A DNA stretch of 29,419 bases. Source: a virus (taxonomy: Duplodnaviria; Caudoviricetes). Under the pieces are notes generated by a model. It had not been told where the DNA came from and made no database searches. It saw nothing but the letters and a program-made list of their open reading frames with translations. Below, piece after piece: positions 1 to 8,668 of this stretch (its first letter is position 1; each line of letters starts with the position of its first letter). The translations under genes were made by a program, and so were the position numbers. Where the stretch lies: positions 1 to 29,419 of IMG/VR virus record IMGVR_UViG_3300011338_000265; one strand, 5' to 3'.

Positions 1-1
1 G

Positions 2-262
2 GAAGTAGGGGCCGCTGACAAAGTCAAAGGAATGCAGGCATCCGCTCCAGAAACCAAGAAGGTCACGCTCGCCGTTCGCGATTCTTTTGGGCGCATCACA
101 GCACTTGAGGCAAAACACGAACTCGTTATGCCGACTCCAGAAAAAGACGAAGAGCAAGACGACTTCATCAGCCGTTGCATGGTGAGCGGAACAATGACGA
201 GCGAATATCCAGACGAGAGCCAACGCGTAGCCGTATGCTCTGCACAATGGGAGAAAAAATAA
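2..262 (+). CDS. 3' end of a head-region protein (possibly a portal C-terminal extension), truncated at the window edge
   Basis: The frame is open from position 2. It ends in the small phage module MPTPEKDEEQDDFISRCM...EYPDESQRVAVCSAQW, which is often seen fused to head proteins. Its TAA overlaps the next ATG (TAATG 260-264). Confidence 0.5.
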   Translation, partial: EVGAADKVKGMQASAPETKKVTLAVRDSFGRITALEAKHELVMPTPEKDEEQDDFISRCMVSGTMTSEYPDESQRVAVCSAQWEKK

Positions 263-675
263 TGATTGTACAAGGAATCGCACTTGAAGCTAAACGCGCT
301 CTGATCTCAGGCGTTCATCAACCTAACGACGACTACCGCATCGCTCTTTACTCGGCATCGGCAAAGGTCGGGCCGCAGACTAAAGTCTACGTTTCCGAAG
401 GCGAGATCAAAGGCAAAGGATACAAAGCCGGAGGCGTTAAGCTCAAAGGGTTCAAGACCGGAAGCATCGGGAAAAATGCCTTTATGACATTTGATGATGT
501 TGAACTAAAAAATGCAACATTCAGCGTATCCGGCGCGATGGTTTACAATGCAAGCAAGGGCAACGCAACCTTGTGCGTCCTAAACCTCGGAGGAGAGCGC
601 CACGTCTTTGACGGCGCATTTGAATTGAAATTCCCAAAGCCAACCGAAAACAACGCACTCATCCTTTTAGCTTAA
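262..675 (+). CDS. putative virion structural protein (137 aa)
   Basis: Start re-assigned to ATG 262 (TAATG coupling). The pattern YRIALY...Y...GEI.G.GY.AGG..L...TF....GAMVYN is typical of a widespread phage virion protein family. Confidence 0.6.
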   Translation: MIVQGIALEAKRALISGVHQPNDDYRIALYSASAKVGPQTKVYVSEGEIKGKGYKAGGVKLKGFKTGSIGKNAFMTFDDVELKNATFSVSGAMVYNASKGNATLCVLNLGGERHVFDGAFELKFPKPTENNALILLA

Positions 676-677
676 AT

Positions 678-959
678 ATGAAACCGACAAACCCAATTAT
701 CATTGACGGCGAAACATACGACATTTACACGATCAACCTTGCGATCACGTCCGTTGTGAATCCCGACGCAAGCGAAGACGCGAATGTTGCGATGCGCTTA
801 ATTCCTACGCGGATAGCGAATGGTGAAGTCATCCTTGCAAACGACTACGCACGCTCGATGGCACTCGGTAGCGTTGATGGAGTGGACGCTCCGACAGCGA
901 CCGCCGTTGCTCAAATTTCAGCAAGCATTCAGGAATTTATTTACGCGAAGGGGCTGTAA
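678..959 (+). CDS. hypothetical protein (93 aa)
   Basis: Tightly packed ORF in the operon, 2-3 nt from both neighbours. Confidence 0.65.
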   Translation: MKPTNPIIIDGETYDIYTINLAITSVVNPDASEDANVAMRLIPTRIANGEVILANDYARSMALGSVDGVDAPTATAVAQISASIQEFIYAKGL

Positions 960-962
960 AAA

Positions 963-2369
963 ATGGCGCTCATTCTTTCAGCGGCAACGGGCAACTTTAA
1001 CGCAGGAGCGACTTGGGTCGGGGGCATTGTTCCGGGCGCAGCGGACGAGGCCCGCGCTTCGACTGGGCATACGGTTACAATCACAGCAAATGTGACTTGC
1101 ACCGAGCTTTCAAACGCAGGAACAGGGACATTCGTTTTAAACTCTGGCGTGACTTTAACGTCGAATGTGACAAGCAAGAGCACGACTGCTTCTATAAATT
1201 GCTTGACGTTTTCAGCCGCATCTCCAGCAACGGCTAGTATTGTCGGAACCTGCACAGGTGGAAGTGTTGTAAGTTCAACTGCCGTTTTAAATAGTGGAAC
1301 TGGCGCGCTGTCAGTTACCGGCGCAGCTGTCGGCGGCAGTTTTAGTTCTGCGGCTGGAGTTGCACAGACGTCTTCGGGATCAGTAACGCTTACCGGAAAT
1401 GCAACGGGGAGCACTGGCGCGGGCGCTGGAAATGCATCCGCAGGAACAGGCACATTTACCATAAATGGAAATGTTTTGGCGGCAGCAAATAGCGGAGCAT
1501 TTAACAACGGCGCGGGAACATTGGTTATTGTTGGAAGCGTTACTGCGGCAGCAGCAGCAGGAGTCTCAAACCTTAGCACCGGCTCAGTCACAATCACCGG
1601 CAACATCACAGCATCAACCTCCGCAGGCGTGACTAATTCCAGCACAGCAACGCTGACAATATCGGGTGGCACATATACTGCATCAACCCTTGCCAATGCG
1701 GTCAGTTCAACCAACACAAGTTCTGTTGTTCGTGTGAGTGGATCATTTATTTATGCATCGAACGGGTTCGTTCCTATCAATACGCCAAAATTTATTTTAC
1801 TTTCAACTCCGACACTTTCAAAGACCAGTTATGCATTGAATGGATCGACAACGTATGTTGATATGTTCACAGCTGACAACGGTCTAAATCAAGCCGCGAT
1901 AACAGACGTTAGATTTGGAACTATTTACGCAAGCGGAGCATTGACGGGCGTTGCATATATTCCATCAGCAGGATCAGTTGCGGCAGGTGTTCCAGTAGAT
2001 AACACGGTTGGAACGGCAACGCTTACTGCCGCTAATATTCGCGCTGCTCTAGGAATGGCAAGCGCAAATTTGGATACTCAGCTTGCGGCGATACCGACCG
2101 CAATAACAAATGCTGCCGCCGTAAGAACAAATCTAGCAACCGAACTCGGACGCATTGACGCGACAATTTCTAGTCGTTCAACATTGACTGCTGCAAATGT
2201 CAGAACAGAACTCGCGCCGCAACTAACCGAGATCGGAGAGATTCACAAAATACACGGCCTCGATATCGCAAACGCTCTCACTGTCACGCCAACGCTGCGC
2301 TCAGCGGGAGCGATCACGCAAGCGATCACCGGCGACGGAACCACAAGCACGATAGTCACGCGAGTCTAA
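963..2369 (+). CDS. Gly/Ala/Ser/Thr-rich fibre-like virion protein (probable beta-helix repeats)
   Basis: 468 aa with repeated units like NxxTGTxTIxGNxxA. The C-terminal part has helical repeats (TLTAANIRAAL / TLTAANVRTEL). Confidence 0.65.
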   Translation: MALILSAATGNFNAGATWVGGIVPGAADEARASTGHTVTITANVTCTELSNAGTGTFVLNSGVTLTSNVTSKSTTASINCLTFSAASPATASIVGTCTGGSVVSSTAVLNSGTGALSVTGAAVGGSFSSAAGVAQTSSGSVTLTGNATGSTGAGAGNASAGTGTFTINGNVLAAANSGAFNNGAGTLVIVGSVTAAAAAGVSNLSTGSVTITGNITASTSAGVTNSSTATLTISGGTYTASTLANAVSSTNTSSVVRVSGSFIYASNGFVPINTPKFILLSTPTLSKTSYALNGSTTYVDMFTADNGLNQAAITDVRFGTIYASGALTGVAYIPSAGSVAAGVPVDNTVGTATLTAANIRAALGMASANLDTQLAAIPTAITNAAAVRTNLATELGRIDATISSRSTLTAANVRTELAPQLTEIGEIHKIHGLDIANALTVTPTLRSAGAITQAITGDGTTSTIVTRV

Positions 2370-2372
2370 CGA

Positions 2373-2816
2373 ATGATCGCTTCCCTGCTCATCGCCACGC
2401 AGGGCTTAATGCCAAGCCCTACGCCGCTCTCAATCGGCGTGCAGGGCTTGATTTATATGCCAGTCGCGCCGCCTATTGCTCCAACCGATCTTCCTGGAGG
2501 TGGAGGACGGCGTGACGAGCGAAGGGTTACGCTTTACGCTCTCGGCAATAGACTCCGATATTCTGTCGGGAGCGTCGATATAAACGCAGGATCGCGGATA
2601 AATGTAACAGGGAGCGCATTTAATTCTCGAACGTCCGACGCTGTGCTTTCGATCAGCGCAAGCACAATGGCCAATGGTAACCGAAACCATGCCGGCGCAG
2701 GCCGCGCAGGCATCTCGATATCGTCCACATTCGACGTTGTCGGATGCGAAGAAGAAAACGAACTCGAAGTTTATTTGATGGCACAAGCCGCGATGGAATT
2801 GATGGACAGCATTTGA
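2373..2816 (+). CDS. hypothetical protein (147 aa), acidic C-terminus
   Basis: ORF packed between the fibre gene and the protease gene; ends EEENELEVYLMAQAAMELMDSI. Confidence 0.6.
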   Translation: MIASLLIATQGLMPSPTPLSIGVQGLIYMPVAPPIAPTDLPGGGGRRDERRVTLYALGNRLRYSVGSVDINAGSRINVTGSAFNSRTSDAVLSISASTMANGNRNHAGAGRAGISISSTFDVVGCEEENELEVYLMAQAAMELMDSI

Positions 2817-2834
2817 CATCCGCGCCTTCGCATG
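2813..2834 (+). promoter_or_regulatory. TTGACA-N13-ATG motif before the protease gene
   Basis: TTGACA at 2813-2818 and ATG at 2832. One of seven copies (see findings). Confidence 0.5.
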
Positions 2835-3707
2835 GATGTCATCGAAGGCGTTTCAATAATTTCAATCGGCGAAGCAAAAGGCCACGGGCTTTATGTTGAC
2901 GAGCAGACTTTGATGGAAGTCAAGGCGTGCGCGGAGTCATACAAAGGCGGCGTCAAGGTCAACCTCGATCACGGTGCAGGCATTAGAGACATCGTCGGCT
3001 TCGTAAACAATTTCCGCATCGTTGGATCACAGCTTCTTGGTGATCTCAACCTTCTCGAAACATCGCCGATGCGTGATTACGTCCTAGAGATTTCAAGCAA
3101 ACTTCCCGACACGTTCGGGATCAGCATCGCTTTCAGCGGCCCGATTCGCGAAGTGAATGGGATGGACTTCGCATCCTGCACGGAACTTTACAGCGCCGAT
3201 CTCGTGCAAACGCCAGCCGCAAATGCAACCGGGCTTTTCAGTTTTACCGCCAAGCAAGTTGACAAATTTTTCCAACAAATGCCCGAAGATACCGCAACAC
3301 CAGAAATGCCCGAAGATTCGGGAGAATCCGAAGTAACAATCGTTGATCTTTCCAAGCGCATGAGTGCACTTGAAGAGGCTTTCGGAATGATCAAAACAAA
3401 AATGGAAGCAATGATTCCAACCGAAGAGCCAGCCGCAGAGCCAGCCAAAGAAGAAATGGCCGCTGAACTCAGTGCAATTTCCAAGCTCGAAGCAAAGCTC
3501 GACACGATCATTTCGAACTTCGGGGCCGCTCCAGTCAAAGCATCTGTAGTAGCTGAAGAGAAATCCGAAGAGAAATTTGATCTCAAAGCAATCATCACCC
3601 AGAAGACCGAGGAACTCGGCAGCCGCACCGAAGCGATCCGCTTCGCAATGCGCAACCACCGCGAAGCCTATATTGAAGCCCGCGATAACAACCAACTCAA
3701 TTTTTAA
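2832..3707 (+). CDS. prohead (maturation) protease fused to scaffold domain
   Basis: Sits before the decoration and capsid genes. N-terminal domain has candidate catalytic His (KVNLDHG), Ser (FGISI) and the SADLVQTPAAN motif typical of herpes-fold phage prohead proteases. C-terminal half is acidic and coiled-coil-like. Confidence 0.8.
   Translation: MDVIEGVSIISIGEAKGHGLYVDEQTLMEVKACAESYKGGVKVNLDHGAGIRDIVGFVNNFRIVGSQLLGDLNLLETSPMRDYVLEISSKLPDTFGISIAFSGPIREVNGMDFASCTELYSADLVQTPAANATGLFSFTAKQVDKFFQQMPEDTATPEMPEDSGESEVTIVDLSKRMSALEEAFGMIKTKMEAMIPTEEPAAEPAKEEMAAELSAISKLEAKLDTIISNFGAAPVKASVVAEEKSEEKFDLKAIITQKTEELGSRTEAIRFAMRNHREAYIEARDNNQLNF
3279..3707 (+). CDS. putative nested scaffolding protein from an internal in-frame start (142 aa)
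   Basis: In-frame ATG 3279 lies at the protease/acidic-domain boundary and is preceded by TTGACA-N14. Analogous to lambda C/Nu3 and Mu I/Z. Confidence 0.55.
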   Translation: MPEDTATPEMPEDSGESEVTIVDLSKRMSALEEAFGMIKTKMEAMIPTEEPAAEPAKEEMAAELSAISKLEAKLDTIISNFGAAPVKASVVAEEKSEEKFDLKAIITQKTEELGSRTEAIRFAMRNHREAYIEARDNNQLNF

Positions 3708-3720
3708 TCCTACCTAATTT

Positions 3721-4080
3721 ATGGCAACACAAAATGACATGGGGATTCGGAGCTTCGCCTTCGCTTCTGCCATCACCGCGAATACGCTCGTTAATATTTC
3801 GGGCGATAACGCTGCTCAAGCAGCATCAACCGGCGCTAATGCCATCGGTGTCGTCCAGAACGACGTAGCCGCTGGTCAACAAGGCGCTGTCAAACTTTTC
3901 TTCCCTTCACAATTCGGCATCGTGTCCGCGATCGTGACAGCAGGCAACACTGTTTATGCAGTTACCAGCGGTCTCATCCTCGGCACATACGCCAACGCTT
4001 CGACTGTGACTCTTGGAGTTGCGATCAACAGCGGCGTTGCTGGTGACGTTGTGGAATACGTTCCTAAATTCAACCAATAA
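3721..4080 (+). CDS. capsid decoration/cement protein (DUF2190-like)
   Basis: 119 aa, Ala/Gly/Val-rich, between scaffold and MCP, with AIGVVQND, GNTVY and LGVA...GD motifs. Confidence 0.7.
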   Translation: MATQNDMGIRSFAFASAITANTLVNISGDNAAQAASTGANAIGVVQNDVAAGQQGAVKLFFPSQFGIVSAIVTAGNTVYAVTSGLILGTYANASTVTLGVAINSGVAGDVVEYVPKFNQ

Positions 4081-4094
4081 TTTAACTACCCAAT

Positions 4095-5048
4095 ATGGCA
4101 CTCTCATACACAACCATCCGCGCTGATATTGCGCAGGCCGTTTTTGAAGGTCTTTCCAACAAAAACAATTTGTTCATCGGCACAGAAGTCATGCCCGTGT
4201 TCAGCTCAGACGTTCGCTCAGGCGCATATCTGAAATTGAACCTCGGCGACTCCGAAGCCCTTAACGACGACGCCTTAAAGATCGCCGCTGGCGCTGGATA
4301 TCCCCGCACAAGCCGCCGTTTCACAAGCGACTCGTTCGACGCGATCGAGTACGGTCTCGAAGAGGTTCTTCCTGACTCCAACCGCCGCGATCTCGACAGA
4401 TTCTTCGACACCGAGGTGAATATCGCCGCGATGCTCCTTCGCCAGATCCAAGTCAGCCACGAGGCCCGTGTTGCTTCCGCAGCATTCGCCGCTAACGGTT
4501 TGACAGCGATCAGCGCCAGCGCAGCATACACCGACGCGAACATCACCAGCTTCGACGTTCCCGGCGACGTTGCTCAAGCCAAGCTCGAACTCGCCAAATA
4601 CGGCGTGCTCGCGAACACCTTGATCATGTCCATGCCTGTATTCGAGCGCATCCGCCGCTCGGCCAAAGTGCAGAACCAGTTCTTCGGCGTCGTTCCTTCG
4701 GATCAAAGCCGTCTCTTGAGCGAAGGCGAAGTTGCCGCCGCTGTCGGAGTCGACCGCGTTCTCGTTGGCCGCGCACCGAAAAACACCGCCAAAAAAGGCC
4801 AAGTGTATGCTGGCGGCTTCATCTGGAGCAACACCTACATGGCGCTCGCTAACACATCCGGAGGAGATTTCTCGGGTGGTGGATTCGGTCGTACAATTGT
4901 ATGGGCTGCTGATAGTCCCGTGCCTTTCGTTTCCGAAACCTATCGTGACGAAGCCCGCCGCGCTGACGTTCTCCGCGTTCGTCAGAACAGCGCCGAGAAA
5001 GTCATCGACGGTTCCAGCATCATCCGCATCACAACCGGATACGTGTAA
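4095..5048 (+). CDS. major capsid protein (HK97 fold, lambda gpE-like)
   Basis: 317 aa, canonical position after protease and decoration genes, C-ending codon bias of a highly expressed gene, followed by a strong terminator. Confidence 0.85.
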   Translation: MALSYTTIRADIAQAVFEGLSNKNNLFIGTEVMPVFSSDVRSGAYLKLNLGDSEALNDDALKIAAGAGYPRTSRRFTSDSFDAIEYGLEEVLPDSNRRDLDRFFDTEVNIAAMLLRQIQVSHEARVASAAFAANGLTAISASAAYTDANITSFDVPGDVAQAKLELAKYGVLANTLIMSMPVFERIRRSAKVQNQFFGVVPSDQSRLLSEGEVAAAVGVDRVLVGRAPKNTAKKGQVYAGGFIWSNTYMALANTSGGDFSGGGFGRTIVWAADSPVPFVSETYRDEARRADVLRVRQNSAEKVIDGSSIIRITTGYV

Positions 5049-5073
5049 GATTCCCCGCAAGTAAGCATCGAAG

Positions 5074-5101
5074 AAGCCACCTCGAAAGGGGTGGCTTTTT
5101 T
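5074..5101 (+). terminator. Rho-independent terminator after the MCP gene
   Basis: AAGCCACCTC-GAAA-GGGGTGGCTT hairpin followed by a T run. Confidence 0.85.
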
Positions 5102-5108
5102 GTTTTTG

Positions 5109-5135
5109 TTGACATATACTTCAAGAGTAAACATG
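5109..5135 (+). promoter_or_regulatory. TTGACA-N18-ATG motif before the glycosyltransferase cassette
   Basis: TTGACA at 5109-5114, directly after the terminator; ATG at 5133. Confidence 0.5.
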
Positions 5136-6806
5136 AAACAAAAACAGAAGCTTGTCGCAGGCTTAATTTGCGGCAACGAAGAACCGCGCATCGAGCGATG
5201 CGTTAAGTCACTCCAGCAAATATGCGACGAGATTGTTATCGTTCGCGCAATCGGAGCACTCAAGCCAGACCGCACTTTGGACATTGCTAAGGAACTTGGT
5301 TGCCACGTTGACGAATATCTCAACTCTCCGCTTGTCGCAGACTGGGAACATCTCGACAACTTCGGCGAGGCTCGCAACAAAGCATTCGCGAAGGCCTACG
5401 AACTAGCCGGAAAAGACGGATGGGTAATGTGGGCCGACTGCGACGATGTTATTGAGCCGCACATGGTCGCGCCTACGCTCGCCGCGCTTGAAGAATGCCC
5501 ACCAGAACAAGACTGGATATTGACCGACTACGTTATCCCAGAACAAGGCAAACGCGCGCCACGCGAGCGTTTCTTCCGCTATCACACGGCATGGTGGCAT
5601 CGTCCGGTGCATGAAAACGCGCAGCCAACGAAAGACGTGCAGGTCTATATGCGCCGCGATCTAGAGATCACGCACCAACCGCCGCTCGGTCATCGCAACA
5701 GCAGCGAGCGCAACCGCCGCATCTTGATGCACCAAGACCGGATGACATCGCATTTTAAGTTTTACCTACATTACGAGAACTTCATCGCAGGCAACAAAGA
5801 ACTTGCTGCGAAATACGGAGCAGAAGCCTTGGCCTTGAGCGATCTGGATGGCGTTAACCGCTACGAAGTATTGTTAAACTGTGCTAACCTGACGTCAGGA
5901 GCAACATCACTCAACCTTGCACGCAAGGCGAGAGAGCTTGAGCCAAAGAGACGCGAAGCCTACGGACTTGAGGCTAGCATTCTGCTTGATGATAAAAAAT
6001 ACCAAGATGCTTTAAAAGTGGTGGAAGAAATGCTCGAAGTGCCGACGCCTAAGTTTCCACAATGGACGCACCGAAAAGAGTGGTATGGGTGGAAGGGCGA
6101 TCAGCTCTACGCATGGGTGCTCCGACTTCTCGGACGCAACGAAGACGCCGAAGAGATCGAGCGTGAAACCCTAGCAGGATCGAATAAGCCCAAAATTTCT
6201 CTTGTCCATGCAACGCGAGGAAGGCCGGTAGAGGCCGTGCAATGTATGACGTTATGGTTATCCCGCGCAACACACCCAGAGCGCGTGGAACATATCTTTG
6301 CAGTCGATCACGACGACACTACGGCGGACGTTCTTCAACGCTTCCGATCTGTGACGCAAAAAGAGGGTGGTTTTTCCGTCGGAGCGTGGAACCTTGGAGC
6401 CGCGCAAGCGATTGGTGATATTATTATTCAGCTCTCGGATGATTGGGAATGCCCGCCAGGGTGGGACGACATGATTGAGAAGCGACTCGACATTTCGCAG
6501 CCGCAAGTGCTTCGGATCTCGGACGGATATAGAAAAGACGAATTACTATGCATGGCAATTCTTACGCGCAAATATTATGAACAGCATGGACTATTCAACC
6601 CAAGATTCCGAAACGTATACAGCGACACAGACTTCACCTTTCGTGCCGCGAAAAATGGGGCGATTGTGGATGCTCGTGATGTTGCTGTCGTTCATCATCA
6701 CCCGTTTTTTGAACAGCGTCCGCTCGATGCGACATATCAGCGCGGCAACGATCCTGCGGAATATGAAAGAGCGAAGGCAATTTTTGAAGAACTCCACCCG
6801 AAATGA
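5133..6806 (+). CDS. two-domain glycosyltransferase: GT2 (GT-A) + TPR-like helices + second GT-A domain
   Basis: Start taken as ATG 5133 (the upstream part of the ORF overlaps the terminator). N-terminal ICGNEEPRIERCVKSL, DNFGEARN, WADCDD (DxD), RERFF and W..PVHE match SunS-like GT2-TPR enzymes. C-terminal KISLVHATRGR, IIIQLSDD and YSDTDF form a second GT-A domain. Confidence 0.88.
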   Translation: MKQKQKLVAGLICGNEEPRIERCVKSLQQICDEIVIVRAIGALKPDRTLDIAKELGCHVDEYLNSPLVADWEHLDNFGEARNKAFAKAYELAGKDGWVMWADCDDVIEPHMVAPTLAALEECPPEQDWILTDYVIPEQGKRAPRERFFRYHTAWWHRPVHENAQPTKDVQVYMRRDLEITHQPPLGHRNSSERNRRILMHQDRMTSHFKFYLHYENFIAGNKELAAKYGAEALALSDLDGVNRYEVLLNCANLTSGATSLNLARKARELEPKRREAYGLEASILLDDKKYQDALKVVEEMLEVPTPKFPQWTHRKEWYGWKGDQLYAWVLRLLGRNEDAEEIERETLAGSNKPKISLVHATRGRPVEAVQCMTLWLSRATHPERVEHIFAVDHDDTTADVLQRFRSVTQKEGGFSVGAWNLGAAQAIGDIIIQLSDDWECPPGWDDMIEKRLDISQPQVLRISDGYRKDELLCMAILTRKYYEQHGLFNPRFRNVYSDTDFTFRAAKNGAIVDARDVAVVHHHPFFEQRPLDATYQRGNDPAEYERAKAIFEELHPK

Positions 6807-7108
6807 GTGACCGACCAACACCAGAAACAGACGACATCGCGCGAGGAAATCATGTCGTGCCGACCGAGTGGGCACAGCAACTGGAGCGTGAGCGCGACGA
6901 GGCGAGAAGGAAATTAAACAACATAGATGTCATTGCAATTCATTCATGCCACAACGAATGCCAAAGGCCAATCTGTGTTCTGCGTAGAGAGCGGGACGAG
7001 GCGCGGGAGAAACTAAGTGCCAGATGGCAAAGTTTACGAGATTCGCAAGACGAGGTATTGCGCTTAACATTTGAAAATCGAGAACTAAGGAATTTGATCA
7101 ATGAATAA
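6803..7108 (+). CDS. small coiled-coil hypothetical protein with two ERDEAR repeats
   Basis: ATGA-coupled to the upstream GT; LERERDEARR and LRRERDEARE flank an HSCHNEC..PIC segment. Confidence 0.65.
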   Translation: MSDRPTPETDDIARGNHVVPTEWAQQLERERDEARRKLNNIDVIAIHSCHNECQRPICVLRRERDEAREKLSARWQSLRDSQDEVLRLTFENRELRNLINE

Positions 7109-7685
7109 AGATGTCACTCTTATCGTCTTTGAAGGACTGAAATCAAGACACGAGCAAAGCGAGAAACTATTTAAACACCTTTGCGGATTGGGTGGATTCG
7201 GTGACGCCGTTTATATCGCCGAAGATTGCACCTATAAACAAGCGATGCACTGGGAACTGGGTCGCTTTGCCGACTATATCGACACTTCGCACGCGCTTAT
7301 CTGCACGCACGACGGGTTTATTTCAAATCCGCATCTATGGCAGGATTCCTGGCTCGAATACGATATGATCGGTGCGCCTTGGCCAGCGTTCTGGAACGTC
7401 GGACATCGTGTCGGCAATACCGGATTCACGCTCCAGAGTCAGAAATTCTTGCAAATGGCAGCAAAGGCCGAGGCGCTTTGGAAGGGCGAGGCAGGCGATG
7501 TTTTCTTGTGTCGCACAATGGAGCAAGGTTTTCGAGATAACGGCATCAAATACGCTCCGGTAAACGTAGCGGCGGCGTTCTCTTGGGAGCATTACATCGA
7601 AGAAAATACAGCGGGGCCGGATCGCTCCTTCGGATTCCACGGGTGGGTGGCAGGAAAAACGCGGGAACAATACTATAAGTTTTGA
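7101..7685 (+). CDS. DUF5672-family glycosyltransferase-like protein
   Basis: Motifs THDGFISNPHLW, YDMIGAPW, VGNTGFTLQS, AAAFSWE and SFGFHG match the DUF5672 pattern. Confidence 0.78.
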   Translation: MNKDVTLIVFEGLKSRHEQSEKLFKHLCGLGGFGDAVYIAEDCTYKQAMHWELGRFADYIDTSHALICTHDGFISNPHLWQDSWLEYDMIGAPWPAFWNVGHRVGNTGFTLQSQKFLQMAAKAEALWKGEAGDVFLCRTMEQGFRDNGIKYAPVNVAAAFSWEHYIEENTAGPDRSFGFHGWVAGKTREQYYKF

Positions 7686-8344
7686 ACATCCTCATTGTTT
7701 ACCATTTGCGACTCGGATACATTGCGCGTTGCTTACCGATAGCGAAGCATTTTGCGGATCAAGGCCACAATGTCATGTTTGAGTGCTTGCCGGAGTATCA
7801 CGGTCTTTTCGAAATGGTGGATTACTGCAAGCCGCTTTACCCACAGAATGATCACAGCGGATTCCACCGCATCATCAACCTTCAAATATGGCCAGACTTG
7901 CACGAAGACTTTTGTGCGAGCGAACTAGGCTGGAGCGACTATGTTTACGGACTTTTCCCCGAAGGAAAAGACATAGATCGGCAGATTGTTCTCAACTCTC
8001 CCGCAATAGTCACTCCACCCGAACTCAAGTCTTGGGTTCTTTGTTTTCCGACCGGATACAGCCAAGATAAAAAGATCGACGTTCGAGACGTTATCACCAT
8101 CGCGCATCAAGTCGCAAACGGACGGCCCGTGCTTTGCGCTGGAAAGGCTGCTCACGGCATGGCTGAGTTTGAAAGCATAGAATATATGTGCGCCTACATT
8201 CGGGACGCGCAAGAGGTCGTCACGATCAACACTTCGACCAGCATTCTTGCGTCCGCGCTTCGTAAAAGCTGGGTTCATATTTCGGACAGCCCGAAGCACG
8301 ATTTCAAGCATCCGAACCAGCGACGTATCGAGCGCAAGTTTTGA
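7682..8344 (+). CDS. GT9/heptosyltransferase-like (GT-B) glycosyltransferase
   Basis: TTG start. N-terminal ILIV...RLGYI..CLP and C-terminal VVTINTSTSILASAL resemble the GT9 xGD and DSG/T..HLA.A motifs. Confidence 0.65.
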   Translation: MNILIVYHLRLGYIARCLPIAKHFADQGHNVMFECLPEYHGLFEMVDYCKPLYPQNDHSGFHRIINLQIWPDLHEDFCASELGWSDYVYGLFPEGKDIDRQIVLNSPAIVTPPELKSWVLCFPTGYSQDKKIDVRDVITIAHQVANGRPVLCAGKAAHGMAEFESIEYMCAYIRDAQEVVTINTSTSILASALRKSWVHISDSPKHDFKHPNQRRIERKF

Positions 8345-8359
8345 CGCATCGTCCCTTTT

Positions 8360-8668
8360 GTGGGACTGCTCGACATTTTTACGAACGATTTAAGCGCGAT
8401 CATGAACGAACTGCCTTTGGCAGTTACGTTCGGAGAGCGCAACTTCCTTGCGAACAGGACAACATACCGGCGCGACAACAGCCTTGCGGATGGCGGATTC
8501 ATGGACTCCGCATCCATGACCATTACGGCGATCTATGACGCTTTCGTTCAGACTATTTCTCTCGGTGACGTTCTCGTTATCGGTGGCCGTCGCTTTCGCG
8601 TTACGTCAGCCGAGCTTTCCCAAGACGCTGTATCCGTCGATTTCACGCTAGAGGACATTAACAAATGA
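8360..8668 (+). CDS. head closure / head-tail joining protein (gpFII-like)
   Basis: 102 aa; LGDVLVIGGRRFRVTS beta-barrel motif; GTG start preceded by TTGACG-N13. Confidence 0.65.
   Translation: MGLLDIFTNDLSAIMNELPLAVTFGERNFLANRTTYRRDNSLADGGFMDSASMTITAIYDAFVQTISLGDVLVIGGRRFRVTSAELSQDAVSVDFTLEDINK

Noticed and set aside
941-1717. 258-aa minus-strand ORF
   Set aside because: Antisense shadow of the low-complexity Ala/Gly/Thr fibre gene; no recognisable motifs.
4275-5060. 261-aa minus-strand ORF (also 3093-3695, 15368-15970, 27657-28298)
   Set aside because: These lie opposite well-supported + strand genes whose codon bias suppresses antisense stops; no independent coding signal.
5091-5132. 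Upstream start extensions given in the ORF track (5091; likewise 175, 9921, 11091, 17732, 22403, 23027, 27274)
   Set aside because: They overlap a terminator, a structured RNA or upstream genes; downstream ATGs with stop/start coupling or the TTGAC motif fit better.
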